64,000 nt of DNA from an uncultured Chloroflexia bacterium (lineage in GTDB: Bacteria > Chloroflexota > Chloroflexia > QHBQ01 > JADMIH01), in the NCBI GenBank assembly GCA_963797095.1, contig CAWCNY010000006.1, forward strand, positions 544,001 through 608,000. Direction: 5' to 3'. The notes below the pieces were generated by a model that saw nothing but the letters and a program-made list of their open reading frames with translations, did no database searches and was not told the origin of the DNA. Positions 1 through 9,528 of the stretch are shown here, one piece after another. The position numbers and the translations under genes were made by a program. The first letter of the stretch is position 1. Every line of letters begins with the position of its first letter.

Positions 1-245
1 GACAGGATTATAAGGGTACAGCAAGCATAAATGCTAGCATTTTTGGCCTTATAATTCGCTTTTACGGAGGTCTTTACGTAGAGTTACGTACTATGGGTGA
101 TGGGATTACGTATCTCGACAGGTCCCCGCCCATCTTCTTATCCTTGTAGACCGGTAGTCTCCGAGCGAGCGTGCTGGCATGGGGCTTGCCAGTTGGTGGG
201 TGGAAGTGGATAATTCAGTGAAGTCTAGCGTGGAGATGATCGAGA

Positions 246-1283
246 ATGCCAACACCTAGTGATTCAACAGTTTTGCATAAGATGAACAAGAAAGCGCGGG
301 TTGATGCCGCGCTGGCAAACCAGCCTGTGGATCGCCCGCCCGTGTCGCTCTGGCGGCACTTTTTCGATTGCGAGCGGAGCGCGGAAGACCTCGCGGGGGC
401 GATGCTCGCCTTCCAGAAGAGGTACGATTGGGATTGGATGAAGGTGAACCCACGCGCCTCATACCACGTCGAGGGGTGGGGGGTCACGACAAGCTACGGC
501 GCTGGCGGGCCGCTTGATAAGCCGGTGGTGACAGCGTATCCGATCCAATCGCTGGCCGACTGGGGTAGGCTAAAGCCTTTGTCTATGGACCAGGGCGCGC
601 TTGGCGAGCAGCTTGAGGCGCTTGAGAGGATCGGGGAGAGCCTCGGTGGTGAGACGTACTTCATCGAGACGATCTTCAATCCCCTGTCGATAGCGGCTGA
701 CCTGGTGGACAATCCTAAGGTGGCGATCCCTGCGTTGATGGTGAGTAACCCCCAGGCTTTGAAGGACGCGCTGGAGGTAATTACGGCGACCTTCAGCGAG
801 TTCGCGAAGCGGTGCCTGGATGCCGGGGCCGACGGAATCTTCTTTGCTACTACGGACTGGGCTAGCCGGGACCTGCTGAACGAGGAGCAGTACGCGGAGT
901 GGGGCAGGCCGTACGATTTACGTGTGCTGGAGGCGGCGCAGGGCGCACACTTCAACGTGCTGCACGTGTGCAAGAACAACAACCTGCTGTTCGCGCTGGC
1001 CGACTATCCGGTGCACGCTATCAACTGGGCTGTGGGGTCGCCCGGAAACCCGGGGTTGAGGGACGTGCAACTGAACACCAACAAGACGGTGATCGGCGGC
1101 TGGATGAACGAGACTCTTCGGGACGGGACGCCTGCCATGATCAAGTCGGAGGCGAGGGCGGCACGTGAGCAGACGGGCGGGCGAAGGTTTATGCTTGGGC
1201 CTGCGTGCTCGATCGCGCCTGAGTCGCCTGAGGAGAACGTGAAAGCGGCTCGGGCCGCAGCGGATGCCTTGCAGGGCGAGTAG
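246..1283 (+). CDS. Uroporphyrinogen decarboxylase-superfamily protein (MtaA/CmuA-like methyltransferase fold)
   Basis: N-terminal 'R.DAALA.QPVDRPPV' motif and Zn-type ligands LHVC...GPAC. The true start may be ATG at 282. Confidence 0.8.
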   Translation: MPTPSDSTVLHKMNKKARVDAALANQPVDRPPVSLWRHFFDCERSAEDLAGAMLAFQKRYDWDWMKVNPRASYHVEGWGVTTSYGAGGPLDKPVVTAYPIQSLADWGRLKPLSMDQGALGEQLEALERIGESLGGETYFIETIFNPLSIAADLVDNPKVAIPALMVSNPQALKDALEVITATFSEFAKRCLDAGADGIFFATTDWASRDLLNEEQYAEWGRPYDLRVLEAAQGAHFNVLHVCKNNNLLFALADYPVHAINWAVGSPGNPGLRDVQLNTNKTVIGGWMNETLRDGTPAMIKSEARAAREQTGGRRFMLGPACSIAPESPEENVKAARAAADALQGE

Positions 1284-1287
1284 CAAA

Positions 1288-1368
1288 TGACGAGTAACGA
1301 GTGAAGAGTGACGAGTGACGAGTTAGTTGAAACTGGTTGGCGATTCGAACTCGCTACTCGTCACTCTT
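1288..1368. repeat. Heptamer repeats (TGACGAG)n with an inverted partner
   Basis: tgacgagtaacgagtgaagagtgacgagtgacgagt followed by ctcgctactcgtcactcttc. Confidence 0.75.
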
Positions 1369-1440
1369 CAATGTAGACCTTTGGCTAGTTGCTGATCATT
1401 ATTTGGATGTTTCTGTGAGCAGGTAGCTATTCTTGCCCTC

Positions 1441-1505
1441 ATTAACTTAAAGGCGTTAGTGGGGCAAAACGGGACAGGTTTTGGGGTGTACTTAAGGGTA
1501 CATTT
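1441..1505 (-). repeat. Dispersed intergenic element, copy 1 (copy 2 at 36893-36960)
   Basis: The reverse complement shares AAGTACACCCCAAAACCTGTCCCGTTT exactly with copy 2, and the flanks are similar. Confidence 0.8.
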
Positions 1506-2282
1506 TTAGGGTTTGGCCTGGAACTCGCCGAACCTGGCTCCCTGAGAATCATTGATTGTGCTAATGCCATCGGCTGTGAATGTGACTGTGAAGGCGCCGG
1601 TCAGGGGATCGGAGCCTACGGCGCGGGTGGCGTTGATGGTTATGCGGTAGTCGCCCGCCTGGAATTTCCAGTCAGCGGGACCGACGAAGAGGCCGACCGG
1701 GTATTGGGGATTGCTGGGGCTGACCATTAGAGGCCCGGCATCGGCCAGGTAGATATAAGTAAGCTCTTTTGCCGTGGGGTCAAATGTCCACGCGCCCTCT
1801 TCCTGCCAGGTGAAGTCGGCTCCTACGCCTCCATTCATGGGATCCGCTCTGACCGACACATCGGTAATTACATCGATGCGGGAGTTACGACCTGTGCTGA
1901 CGAACCTGGGCTGGACATATAAGATGGGGGCCGCGCCTCCCTGGGACATGCGGACGACCGGGGGAAGGATCATATGGACTTCAGGCTCTTCGGTGACGGA
2001 AAGGTAGCCGAGGATTGCCACTACGAGGGCGGCAATCGAGATCAAAGTGGGGATCAGGACGACGAGCCATATGGGTATGCGTGCGAAGGCCCGTCCTGAT
2101 GGCTCGGACGAAGAGTCTGCCGGTGGTGCGGCCTGAACAGGTGTTGATTGGCGGGTTGCCCGTGGAGGGCGTGCCGCCGGGGTGGATTTACCGGGCACGG
2201 CAGCAGGAGTAGGCGCTGGTGTTGCAGGGGCGACGGATTGGGTGTTGCGCAGTCGTTTGGGCCGGGTTTTGTCGTCGGACAT
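1506..2282 (-). CDS. Hypothetical single-pass membrane protein
   Basis: 258 aa ORF with a Pro/Ala-rich N-terminus, one hydrophobic helix (IWLVVLIPTLISIAALVVAILGY) and a beta-rich C-terminal domain. Confidence 0.7.
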   Translation of the reverse strand: MSDDKTRPKRLRNTQSVAPATPAPTPAAVPGKSTPAARPPRATRQSTPVQAAPPADSSSEPSGRAFARIPIWLVVLIPTLISIAALVVAILGYLSVTEEPEVHMILPPVVRMSQGGAAPILYVQPRFVSTGRNSRIDVITDVSVRADPMNGGVGADFTWQEEGAWTFDPTAKELTYIYLADAGPLMVSPSNPQYPVGLFVGPADWKFQAGDYRITINATRAVGSDPLTGAFTVTFTADGISTINDSQGARFGEFQAKP

Positions 2283-2488
2283 GATGATTCTCCGCGTGTG
2301 TACAGGTTGGGGGTAATATAAGGTAAGGTTGCTTGGGCGTCAAGGTGGAGTGGGTATCGCAAGAGCCTGGGTGTTTTGGAGCACATCACCCAATCGACCA
2401 AAATAACCCATGATGCGGAGTTAGTCTTACAATTTCCGTGCATAGGACCATAAGAGGGATGATATTTCTTACAGAGGTGAGGAAACGA

Positions 2489-2746
2489 ATGAATAAAACA
2501 ATAGTCACAGTAAGTGTAGTTTTCGATGGGGAAGTGTTACGGCCAGAAACACCGCCAAACCTTGAGCCAAACACTCGCTATGTGGCTGTGATCCAGGTGG
2601 AGGAGAATGGTGTAGAAACAGAGAATGCTTGGGATGTGCTTGAGCGATTCACGGGCACTGTAGATGCGCCGCCCGACTGGGCATCGGAGCACGACCATTA
2701 TCTGTATGGCACGCCAAAACGGCGAGACTCCAGTGATCAACAATGA
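2489..2746 (+). CDS. Antitoxin (AF2212/DUF104-like) of a type II TA pair
   Basis: 'VFDGEVLRPETP' N-terminus and 'DWASEHDHYLYG' C-terminus, RBS before ATG 2489, ATGA overlap with the PIN gene. Confidence 0.75.
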   Translation: MNKTIVTVSVVFDGEVLRPETPPNLEPNTRYVAVIQVEENGVETENAWDVLERFTGTVDAPPDWASEHDHYLYGTPKRRDSSDQQ

Positions 2747-3159
2747 GCAGTGATCGTTTCCTGTTGGATACGTTCTTCATACAAGCCCTGCTCAATATGC
2801 AGGAATCATATCACGAGCAATCTCGTGATTTCTTCCCCTTTGCACGTGACGCGCAAGAGGTTTGGGTAACAGAAGCAGTTTTGGTTGACGTTGCGAATGC
2901 GCCGAGTTCAATTAATCGCGACGCGGCTGTTTCGTTTATTCGCCAGTGCTACAATACACCTAATATGCGCGTGGTTTCGGTGGATAGAGGTCTTCTTACT
3001 GAAGCATTGGATCTTTATGAGGCTAGGGGCGATAAGACGTGGGGTCTTACCGACTGTATCTCGTTTGTAGTAATGTACCAACAAGCCATTTCGGACGCCT
3101 TAACAGCCGATAAGGATTTCGAACAGGCAGGATTTAGGACGGTGCTGAGTCCGGAATAA
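2743..3159 (+). CDS. vapC: PIN-domain (VapC-type) toxin
   Basis: LLDTFF, VTEAVL, WGLTDCISF and ALTADKDFEQAGF motifs. Confidence 0.88.
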   Translation: MSSDRFLLDTFFIQALLNMQESYHEQSRDFFPFARDAQEVWVTEAVLVDVANAPSSINRDAAVSFIRQCYNTPNMRVVSVDRGLLTEALDLYEARGDKTWGLTDCISFVVMYQQAISDALTADKDFEQAGFRTVLSPE

Positions 3160-3196
3160 AAAGAGGCTGTGGAAGTAGGTTCCACAGCCTCTTTTT
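3159..3196. terminator. Bidirectional intrinsic terminator
   Basis: aaaaagaggctgtggaa-gtagg-ttccacagcctcttttt between convergent vapC and clpC. Confidence 0.9.
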
Positions 3197-3213
3197 GTGT
3201 ATTTACGAAGTTA

Positions 3214-5665
3214 TTATGCTTCTACGCTTACGGTTGCCTTTTCCACCGTGAAGGTTATCCCTTCGTCGGTTGAGTAGTTGGCTACTACTGTATCGCCGGG
3301 CTTGGCGTCGCCCCTCAGTAGGCGCTTGCTCAGCGGGGTCTCTAGCTCGCGCTGGATGGCCCGCTTGAGGGGGCGTGCGCCGAAGTTGCGGTCGTAACCG
3401 GCCTCGGCCAGGTGCACCTTCACAGACTGCTCAAGGCGGAGGTTGATCCCTGTGAGGGCCAGCCTGCTCGCCAGGTCGCGTATCTGAATGTCGACGATCT
3501 CAGTAAGCTCTTCGAGAGTCAGGTGGCGGAAGATGATCGTATCGTCGATACGGTTCAGGAACTCAGGCCGGAAGATGTTGCGCATCGCCTCTTCCACGCG
3601 CTTCTGCACCTCGCGCTGGTCGGTTTCATTATATCCCTTGGGCAGGAAGCCGAAGCCTGCGTTCTTGGGCAAGAACTCGGTGCCTACGTTGGAGGTCATG
3701 ATGATTAGCGTGTTGCTGAAGTCGACCGTTCGACCATGCCCGTCGGTCATGCGACCGTCATCGAGCACCTGGAGCAGCGCGTTGAAGATCTCCGGGTGGG
3801 CCTTCTCGATCTCGTCGAAGAGGACTACCTGATATGGTCTGCGGCGCACCAACTCGGTTAGCTGGCCGCCCTCGTCATAGCCGACGTAGCCTGGAGGCGA
3901 ACCGATCATGCGGGCGACCGTATGGCGCTCGCCGTACTCGCTCATGTCCACGCGCACGATTGCGTCCTCGGAGCCGAACATATACTCGGCCAGGGCCTTC
4001 GCAAGCTCGGTCTTGCCGACGCCAGTGGGCCCAACGAAGATGAACGAGCCGATGGGGCGTCGCGGGTCGCGCAGGCCGGAGCGTGCGCGGCGGATCGCGT
4101 CGGACACCGCCTCGATGGCCTCTTCCTGGCCGACCACTCGCTTCTTAAGCTCGGTCTCCATTTCGAGGAGGCGGGTCATCTCTTCCTGCACCATCCGCTT
4201 GACTGGGATGCCGGTCCACTTGGACACTACCTCGGCCACGTCCTCCTCATCCACGCTTTCATCGATGTTGTGGGTGGAGAACCACTCGTGGCGCTTCTCC
4301 TCGAACTCGTCGTGGAGAAGCTGATGCTCCTGCTTGAGGCGGGCTGCCGTCTCGTAGTCGCGCTGGTCGGAGGCATCCTCCATCTCCTTATCAAGCTGAT
4401 CCAGCCTGTTCTGCGTTTCGCGCAGATCGGGCGGGAGGTTGAAGACCGCCAGGCGTACCTTGGAGGCTGCCTCGTCCATCAGATCGATGGCCTTGTCTGG
4501 AAGGAAGCGGTCCTGGATGTAGCGGCTGGAGAGACGGACGGCGGCCTGCACCGCTTCGTCGGTGATGTGGAGGTTGTGGTGTTCCTGGTAGCGGGGCTTG
4601 AGGCCGCGCAGGATCTCTATCGAGTTCCTCGATAGAAGGCTGTTCGACGTAGACAGGTGCGAAGCGGCGCTCTAGAGCCTGGTCCTTCTCGATCTTGCGG
4701 TATTCGTTGAGTGTGGTGGCGCCGACGCACTGGAGGTCGCCACGTGCGAGGGCGGGCTTGAGGATGTTGGCGGCGTCGAGCGCGCCTTCGGCTGCTCCCG
4801 CGCCTACAACGGTGTGTAGCTCATCGATGAAGAGGATGATCTCCTTGCGAGCGCGCCTGACCTCTTCCATGACGGTCTTGAGACGCTCTTCAAACTCGCC
4901 CCGGAACTTGGAGCCTGCTACCATTGCGGGCAGGTCGAGCGCGAGCACGCGCTTGTCCTTGAGCAGGTCGGGGACCTCGTTGTTGGCGATGGCCTGGGCC
5001 AGGCCTTCAACGATGGCGGTCTTGCCGACGCCAGGCTCGCCGATGAGCACGGGGTTGTTCTTGGTGCGGCGTACAAGCACCTGCATCACGCGCTGGATCT
5101 CGTCCATGCGGCCAATTACAGGATCAAGCTGGCCTTCGCGGGCGAGGCTGGTGAGGTCGATGGAGAAGCGCTCGAGGGCCTCGTAATGCTCCTCGGGGTT
5201 CTGGTCGGTGACGCGGCGGTCACCACGGATTTCACGTAGGACGGCGTATATCTTCTCCTGGTCGATGTCAGACTGCACTAGGATGCGGCCTGTCTGGCCT
5301 CCGCGCTCGCCTGCGATGGCGAGGAGGAGGTGCTCGGTGGAGATGAATTCGTCGTTGAGGCGGTCGGCCTCTTCTGCCGCGCCCTGGAGGACGCGGTTGG
5401 CACGCAGAGTGATATAGCCTGTGGCGCTGCCCCTGTTGGCGGTGGAGAAGTTCTGCATGGCATTGAGGGCGCTTTCAAGCTGGCGTGTCATAGCTTGCAC
5501 GTCGCCTCCCAGGCGGCCTATGATCTGGGCCGGCAGGGAGTTGCGCTGTTGCAGGAGTGCCAGGAAGACGTGCTCTACATCAAGCTGCGTGTGCTGCTTG
5601 GAGAACATGATCTGCTGGGCCCTCTGTAGGGCCTCCTGCGCCTTTTCTGTAAATCTGCTCATCAT
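3214..5665 (-). CDS. clpC: ATP-dependent Clp protease ATPase subunit ClpC, split by a +1 frameshift at ~4625
   Basis: Clp-N repeats, Walker A GEPGVGKT, a short UVR-like middle domain, second Walker A GPTGVGKT and an FGF loop. Removing one base in GAG GAA C TCG ATA joins EQPSIE to [16 protein letters not shown], giving ~816 aa. Confidence 0.9.
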
Positions 5666-5879
5666 GGTTCCGTACTCTCTTTTCTTTAGGCTCTAATGTC
5701 TCTATACTCATGCTGGCTTATTATATGCTTTATTACAACATCCGTGCCATGCTTACCCGGGTTACTATGGGATAATGCTAATTGTGTATTTTATCTGTGC
5801 CGGTAGGATTAGGATAGGTAGCGGCCCGTGTGAGTATAGCGCGAAGTGAGGGTGGGGATTTGTGATTTCCACGAGCTAA

Positions 5880-6308
5880 TCAATCAATATCAAGCTCGCG
5901 GCGAAGGGTTTCCAACTCGGCGAGGAAGTGGCGGCGCATATGTTCCATCTCTTCGTGTAGCCGGAGCATTCGCTCTCGCATGTAGAGGATGGCTTCCGCG
6001 CCCGCCAGGTTTACGCCGAGGTCGTTGGTTAGTCGCATAATGGCGCGCACTCGCTCGATGTCACGCTCCGAGTAGAGGCGGATTTTGCCTTCGCTTCGTT
6101 GCGGTTCTACCAGGCCCTCGCGTTCGTACAGGCGGAGCGTCTGGGGGTGGACCCCCAGGATCTGGGACGCTATGCTGATTACATAGCGTGGCTGCTCATC
6201 GGCGTTGACGTTGGCATCCTGCCGGCTCCGGGTTGTGTGACGGCCTTCAGTGCGACTATTGGTGTCTGTTGCCCTCCCGTGGCGCTCGGGATCGGTCTTC
6301 GTACTCAT
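5880..6308 (-). CDS. hspR: MerR-family heat-shock repressor HspR
   Basis: PRYVISIASQILGVHPQTLRLYEREGL and DLGVNLAG motifs, directly downstream of dnaJ. Confidence 0.9.
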   Translation of the reverse strand: MSTKTDPERHGRATDTNSRTEGRHTTRSRQDANVNADEQPRYVISIASQILGVHPQTLRLYEREGLVEPQRSEGKIRLYSERDIERVRAIMRLTNDLGVNLAGAEAILYMRERMLRLHEEMEHMRRHFLAELETLRRELDID

Positions 6309-6311
6309 ACT

Positions 6312-7370
6312 CTAACCTCCCCTCTGCTCGTTATATATACGTTGCAACTCGCTGAATAGTTGCTTCTCACGCTCGCCCAGCTCGGTTGGGAGCTGTACCT
6401 CGATGCGAGCATAGAGGTCGCCGCGGCGGTCGGGCTGCTTGAGGTGGGGCATGCCCTGGCCGGTAAGCTTGAAGGTGCGTCCATTCTGCGTGCCCGCGGG
6501 GATTTTGAGAGCAAGGCGCGTGCCTTTGGGCGTGGGAACCTCCACTTCGCCCCCCAGGATTGCTATGTAGAGCGGAGCCTGGACGGTTGTGTAGAGGTCG
6601 TCGCCTTTGCGCTCGAAGCGGGAGTTGGGCAGCACTGTTACTTTCAGGTATAGGTCGCCTTTGCCTCCGCCACCTGAGCCTGGGCCTCCTTCGCCTGCCA
6701 CGCGGATGCGCGAGCCTGTGTGGACGCCGGCGGGGATCTTCACCTCGATACGCTTGGTGCGCGAGAGGGTGCCCGCACCACTACAGGTGGGGCAGACCTT
6801 GTTAGAGATGAGGCCGGTGCCGTTGCAGGTAGGGCATACCTCAGGCACATCCATCTGAAGGATGCGCTGGGTGCCCGTGAAGGCTTCCTCAAGGGTGACT
6901 TCGATGCCATGCTCGTAGTCTTCGCCGACGCGGGGCATGGTGCGCGTGCGCCCGCCCGAGTAGAACGGGTTGCCGCCGGCCGAGCGTGCGCTGCGGCCGA
7001 ACAACATCTCGAAGAAGTCGGAGAAGTCGCCCGCGTCACCTGTGGTGAAGCGAACGCCACCGCCCGTGCCCGTGCCGCCATCGCCATAAGATTGAGCGTA
7101 GCGTGAGAAGTCGAAGCCGCCCGGCGCCCCCTCGGCGTGCTGATAGCGCTCCCAATCCGAGCCGAACTGGTCGTACTTCTTGCGCTTGTCGGCGTCGGAG
7201 AGGACTTCGTAGGCCTCGTTGACTTCCTTGAACTTCGCTTCGGCCTCACGGTCGTTGGGGTTCAAGTCGGGGTGGTATTTGCGCGCCAGCTTGCGGAAGG
7301 CGGACTTTATCTCTTTTTCGGTGGCGGTCTTTTTGACGCCAAGTGTGTTGTAGTAGTCTTTGTACTGCAT
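6312..7370 (-). CDS. dnaJ: DnaJ-family chaperone with J domain, G/F region, reduced Zn finger and C-terminal domain
   Basis: KDYY...[11 protein letters not shown], two CxxCxGxG repeats, GDLY motifs. Confidence 0.92.
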   Translation of the reverse strand: MQYKDYYNTLGVKKTATEKEIKSAFRKLARKYHPDLNPNDREAEAKFKEVNEAYEVLSDADKRKKYDQFGSDWERYQHAEGAPGGFDFSRYAQSYGDGGTGTGGGVRFTTGDAGDFSDFFEMLFGRSARSAGGNPFYSGGRTRTMPRVGEDYEHGIEVTLEEAFTGTQRILQMDVPEVCPTCNGTGLISNKVCPTCSGAGTLSRTKRIEVKIPAGVHTGSRIRVAGEGGPGSGGGGKGDLYLKVTVLPNSRFERKGDDLYTTVQAPLYIAILGGEVEVPTPKGTRLALKIPAGTQNGRTFKLTGQGMPHLKQPDRRGDLYARIEVQLPTELGEREKQLFSELQRIYNEQRGG

Positions 7371-7444
7371 GCTGCTTACTGCATTTATGGACTAGTCTTT
7401 ATGTGTAGATTGTTGTTTTTGGTGGATTATATGAGTATGTCTAT

Positions 7445-7474
7445 ATTATAAGGGTTGAGTACGGTATTGTCAAG
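7445..7474 (-). promoter_or_regulatory. Consensus sigma70 promoter for dnaJ-hspR overlapped by a HAIR-like HspR operator
   Basis: Minus strand TTGACA(7473-7468)-N17-TATAAT(7450-7445). GTTGAGT-N7-TGTCAAG at 7454-7474 resembles HAIR CTTGAGT-N7-ACTCAAG. Confidence 0.8.
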
Positions 7475-7663
7475 TTTGTGGCAAGTTGAGCACGCCTGGG
7501 GAAGTTCGCGTAGATGTTCGGGACGCGCCACCCAAGCATCCCTTTGTCTTCTCGACGCTCTCTTTGAGAAATGACCTTTGTCTAAGTTACTACCTGGGAA
7601 CGAGTTGGATTGCCTGGGAAAAGGCTATACTATTGGGAGTTGAGATAGAGAGCAGGGAGAGCC

Positions 7664-8890
7664 ATGTGGCGAGATAGGATGTTGCTGGCGGTGTCGTTCG
7701 CGGTGTTCGCGGCTTATGTTGGCACCACTATGATCGTACCTGTGCGCGTCCTGTTTGTGGAGCAGCAGGGCGCTTCTCTTACCATCATCGGGGCGATGGC
7801 AACCGCCTTCCTGATCTCCAACTTCATCTTCCAGTATCCGATGGGCTGGATCGCCGACCACTGGGGCCGCAAGAATCTCATGTTCGCTGGCCTTCTTTGC
7901 CAGGCCCTGATCTCGCTCCTTTACATAGCCGTAACCGACCCAATCCTGTTTGTGATGCTTCGCTTCATCGAAGGCATCGCAAGCGCTACTATGCTATCGC
8001 CAGCCAGGGCGATGATCATCGACATGACTCAGTCCGACAAGCGCGGACAGGCGTACGGTGTGTTCAACACCTTCTTCAATGCAAGCTGGGTGCTGGGACC
8101 CGGCATAGGGAGCCTGCTGGCAGCCTGGAGCTACCAGTCTGTGTTCGTGGGGGCGTTCCTTGCCCGCATAATCGCTTCCGTTGTCGTATTGCTGGTGGTG
8201 CGGGAGGTGCGCAAGACGCGGGCCGAGGCAGCCGAGGCGAGCCGCCGTGTTTCGCTCCGCGAGTTGCTTACGTTGCCCCTTGTGGGCGCTTACATCCTGG
8301 TCTTTGGTGATTATCTTTATTTGGGCTTCGACCAGACCCTTTTCCCAATCTGGATGCATGATAACCTGGGCGCTACTGTAACCTTGATAGGTTTGACCTA
8401 TATTACATGGGGAGGCCCTCCCACTCTCCTGTCGTCGGTTGGGGGCCGTATCGCCGACCGGGTACGCAGGTCGTCGCTGATATTGGCGTTTGGGCTGGCG
8501 CAAGTGCCGATATACGTGATATATGGGCTGCTCGATGTGGCCTGGCCTATCCTGGTGCTCGGCGTGATCCACTCGTCGATCTACGCGATGATGCAGCCCG
8601 CCGTGGACTCGCATCTGGCGGCTTCCTCGATTGAGAATGCGCGAGGTCGGGTGCAGGGCTTCTATTCGTCCGTGGGGCTTACGGCGGCATTCATAGGAGC
8701 CAACGGCTTCACCCTCCTCTACGGCGTGAATTTCCGCTTGCCCCTGTTCACTATGGCGCTGCTGTTCGGGCTTTGCGTGGTAATTGGCGGCTCGCTCGTG
8801 AGGCTGAGTGAGGCGCGGGGTCTGGTGGTGGGGCCCGAGAGTGCTAGGAAAGAAGGAAGCTCTCTATCTCCTCCGCAGACAGTACCTTAG
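7664..8890 (+). CDS. MFS transporter
   Basis: About 12 hydrophobic segments, with motif A (GWIADHWGRK) and its repeat (GRIADRVRR). Confidence 0.9.
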   Translation: MWRDRMLLAVSFAVFAAYVGTTMIVPVRVLFVEQQGASLTIIGAMATAFLISNFIFQYPMGWIADHWGRKNLMFAGLLCQALISLLYIAVTDPILFVMLRFIEGIASATMLSPARAMIIDMTQSDKRGQAYGVFNTFFNASWVLGPGIGSLLAAWSYQSVFVGAFLARIIASVVVLLVVREVRKTRAEAAEASRRVSLRELLTLPLVGAYILVFGDYLYLGFDQTLFPIWMHDNLGATVTLIGLTYITWGGPPTLLSSVGGRIADRVRRSSLILAFGLAQVPIYVIYGLLDVAWPILVLGVIHSSIYAMMQPAVDSHLAASSIENARGRVQGFYSSVGLTAAFIGANGFTLLYGVNFRLPLFTMALLFGLCVVIGGSLVRLSEARGLVVGPESARKEGSSLSPPQTVP

Positions 8891-9509
8891 CAAAACCCTT
8901 CCGCAACGTCATTAGCTCCGGCTCTTGCATATCAGGGTCGTCGGTGGCGGTTATGTCGCTGCCGAACACGACCTTGAAGCCGCGTTCATATGCCTGGCGG
9001 GCAGTGGTACCGCAGCAATAGTTGGTGAGGCAGCCGCAGATTATCACGGTGTCCCTCTGCATGTTATGGAGTATCGTTTCGAGCGGGGTGTCGTAAAAGG
9101 CCCCGTAGGAGGGCTTGTGAATCACGACCTCGCCTGGAAGCACAGGCAATTCGTGCCAGATAGTGCCTTCAGAGAACCAACCGGCATCGTCGGGACCGAG
9201 GTCGGGAAAGCGGTTGGGCATGTATTTGCCGCTGGCGGGCCTGTCGTACTATTCGTGAGTACGGGCGAACGCGGTCCAGATCACGGGCACTTTCGCTTGT
9301 CTGCATGTCTCGACAAGAGCGCGGATGCGGGGCACCTGACGGGTGGCTTCGGGAACCCAATACGGGGTCCATTCGGGTTTGACGAACTCGTCCTGCATAT
9401 CGATCACCAGCAAGGTGCACCTCGCCGGGACGATTTCAAACCGGGCGCTGTCTTCCCGGTAGGCTTTGCGGACGAGAGCTAGCACTTCCTCTTCGGTGAA
9501 ACGTCGCAC
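8844..9509 (-). pseudogene. Isochorismatase-family cysteine hydrolase with an in-frame TAG at 9249-9251
   Basis: GTG 9509 with GGAGG RBS. LLVIDMQ...THE*YDRPASGKYMPN...HKPSYGAF...TNYCC.TTARQAYERGF all lie in one frame. Confidence 0.8.
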
Positions 9510-9528
9510 CTTTATTCCCTCCAATGTC

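Noticed and set aside
246-1283. hemE assignment
   Set aside because: The HemE-specific MRQAGR motif is absent, so only superfamily membership is supported.
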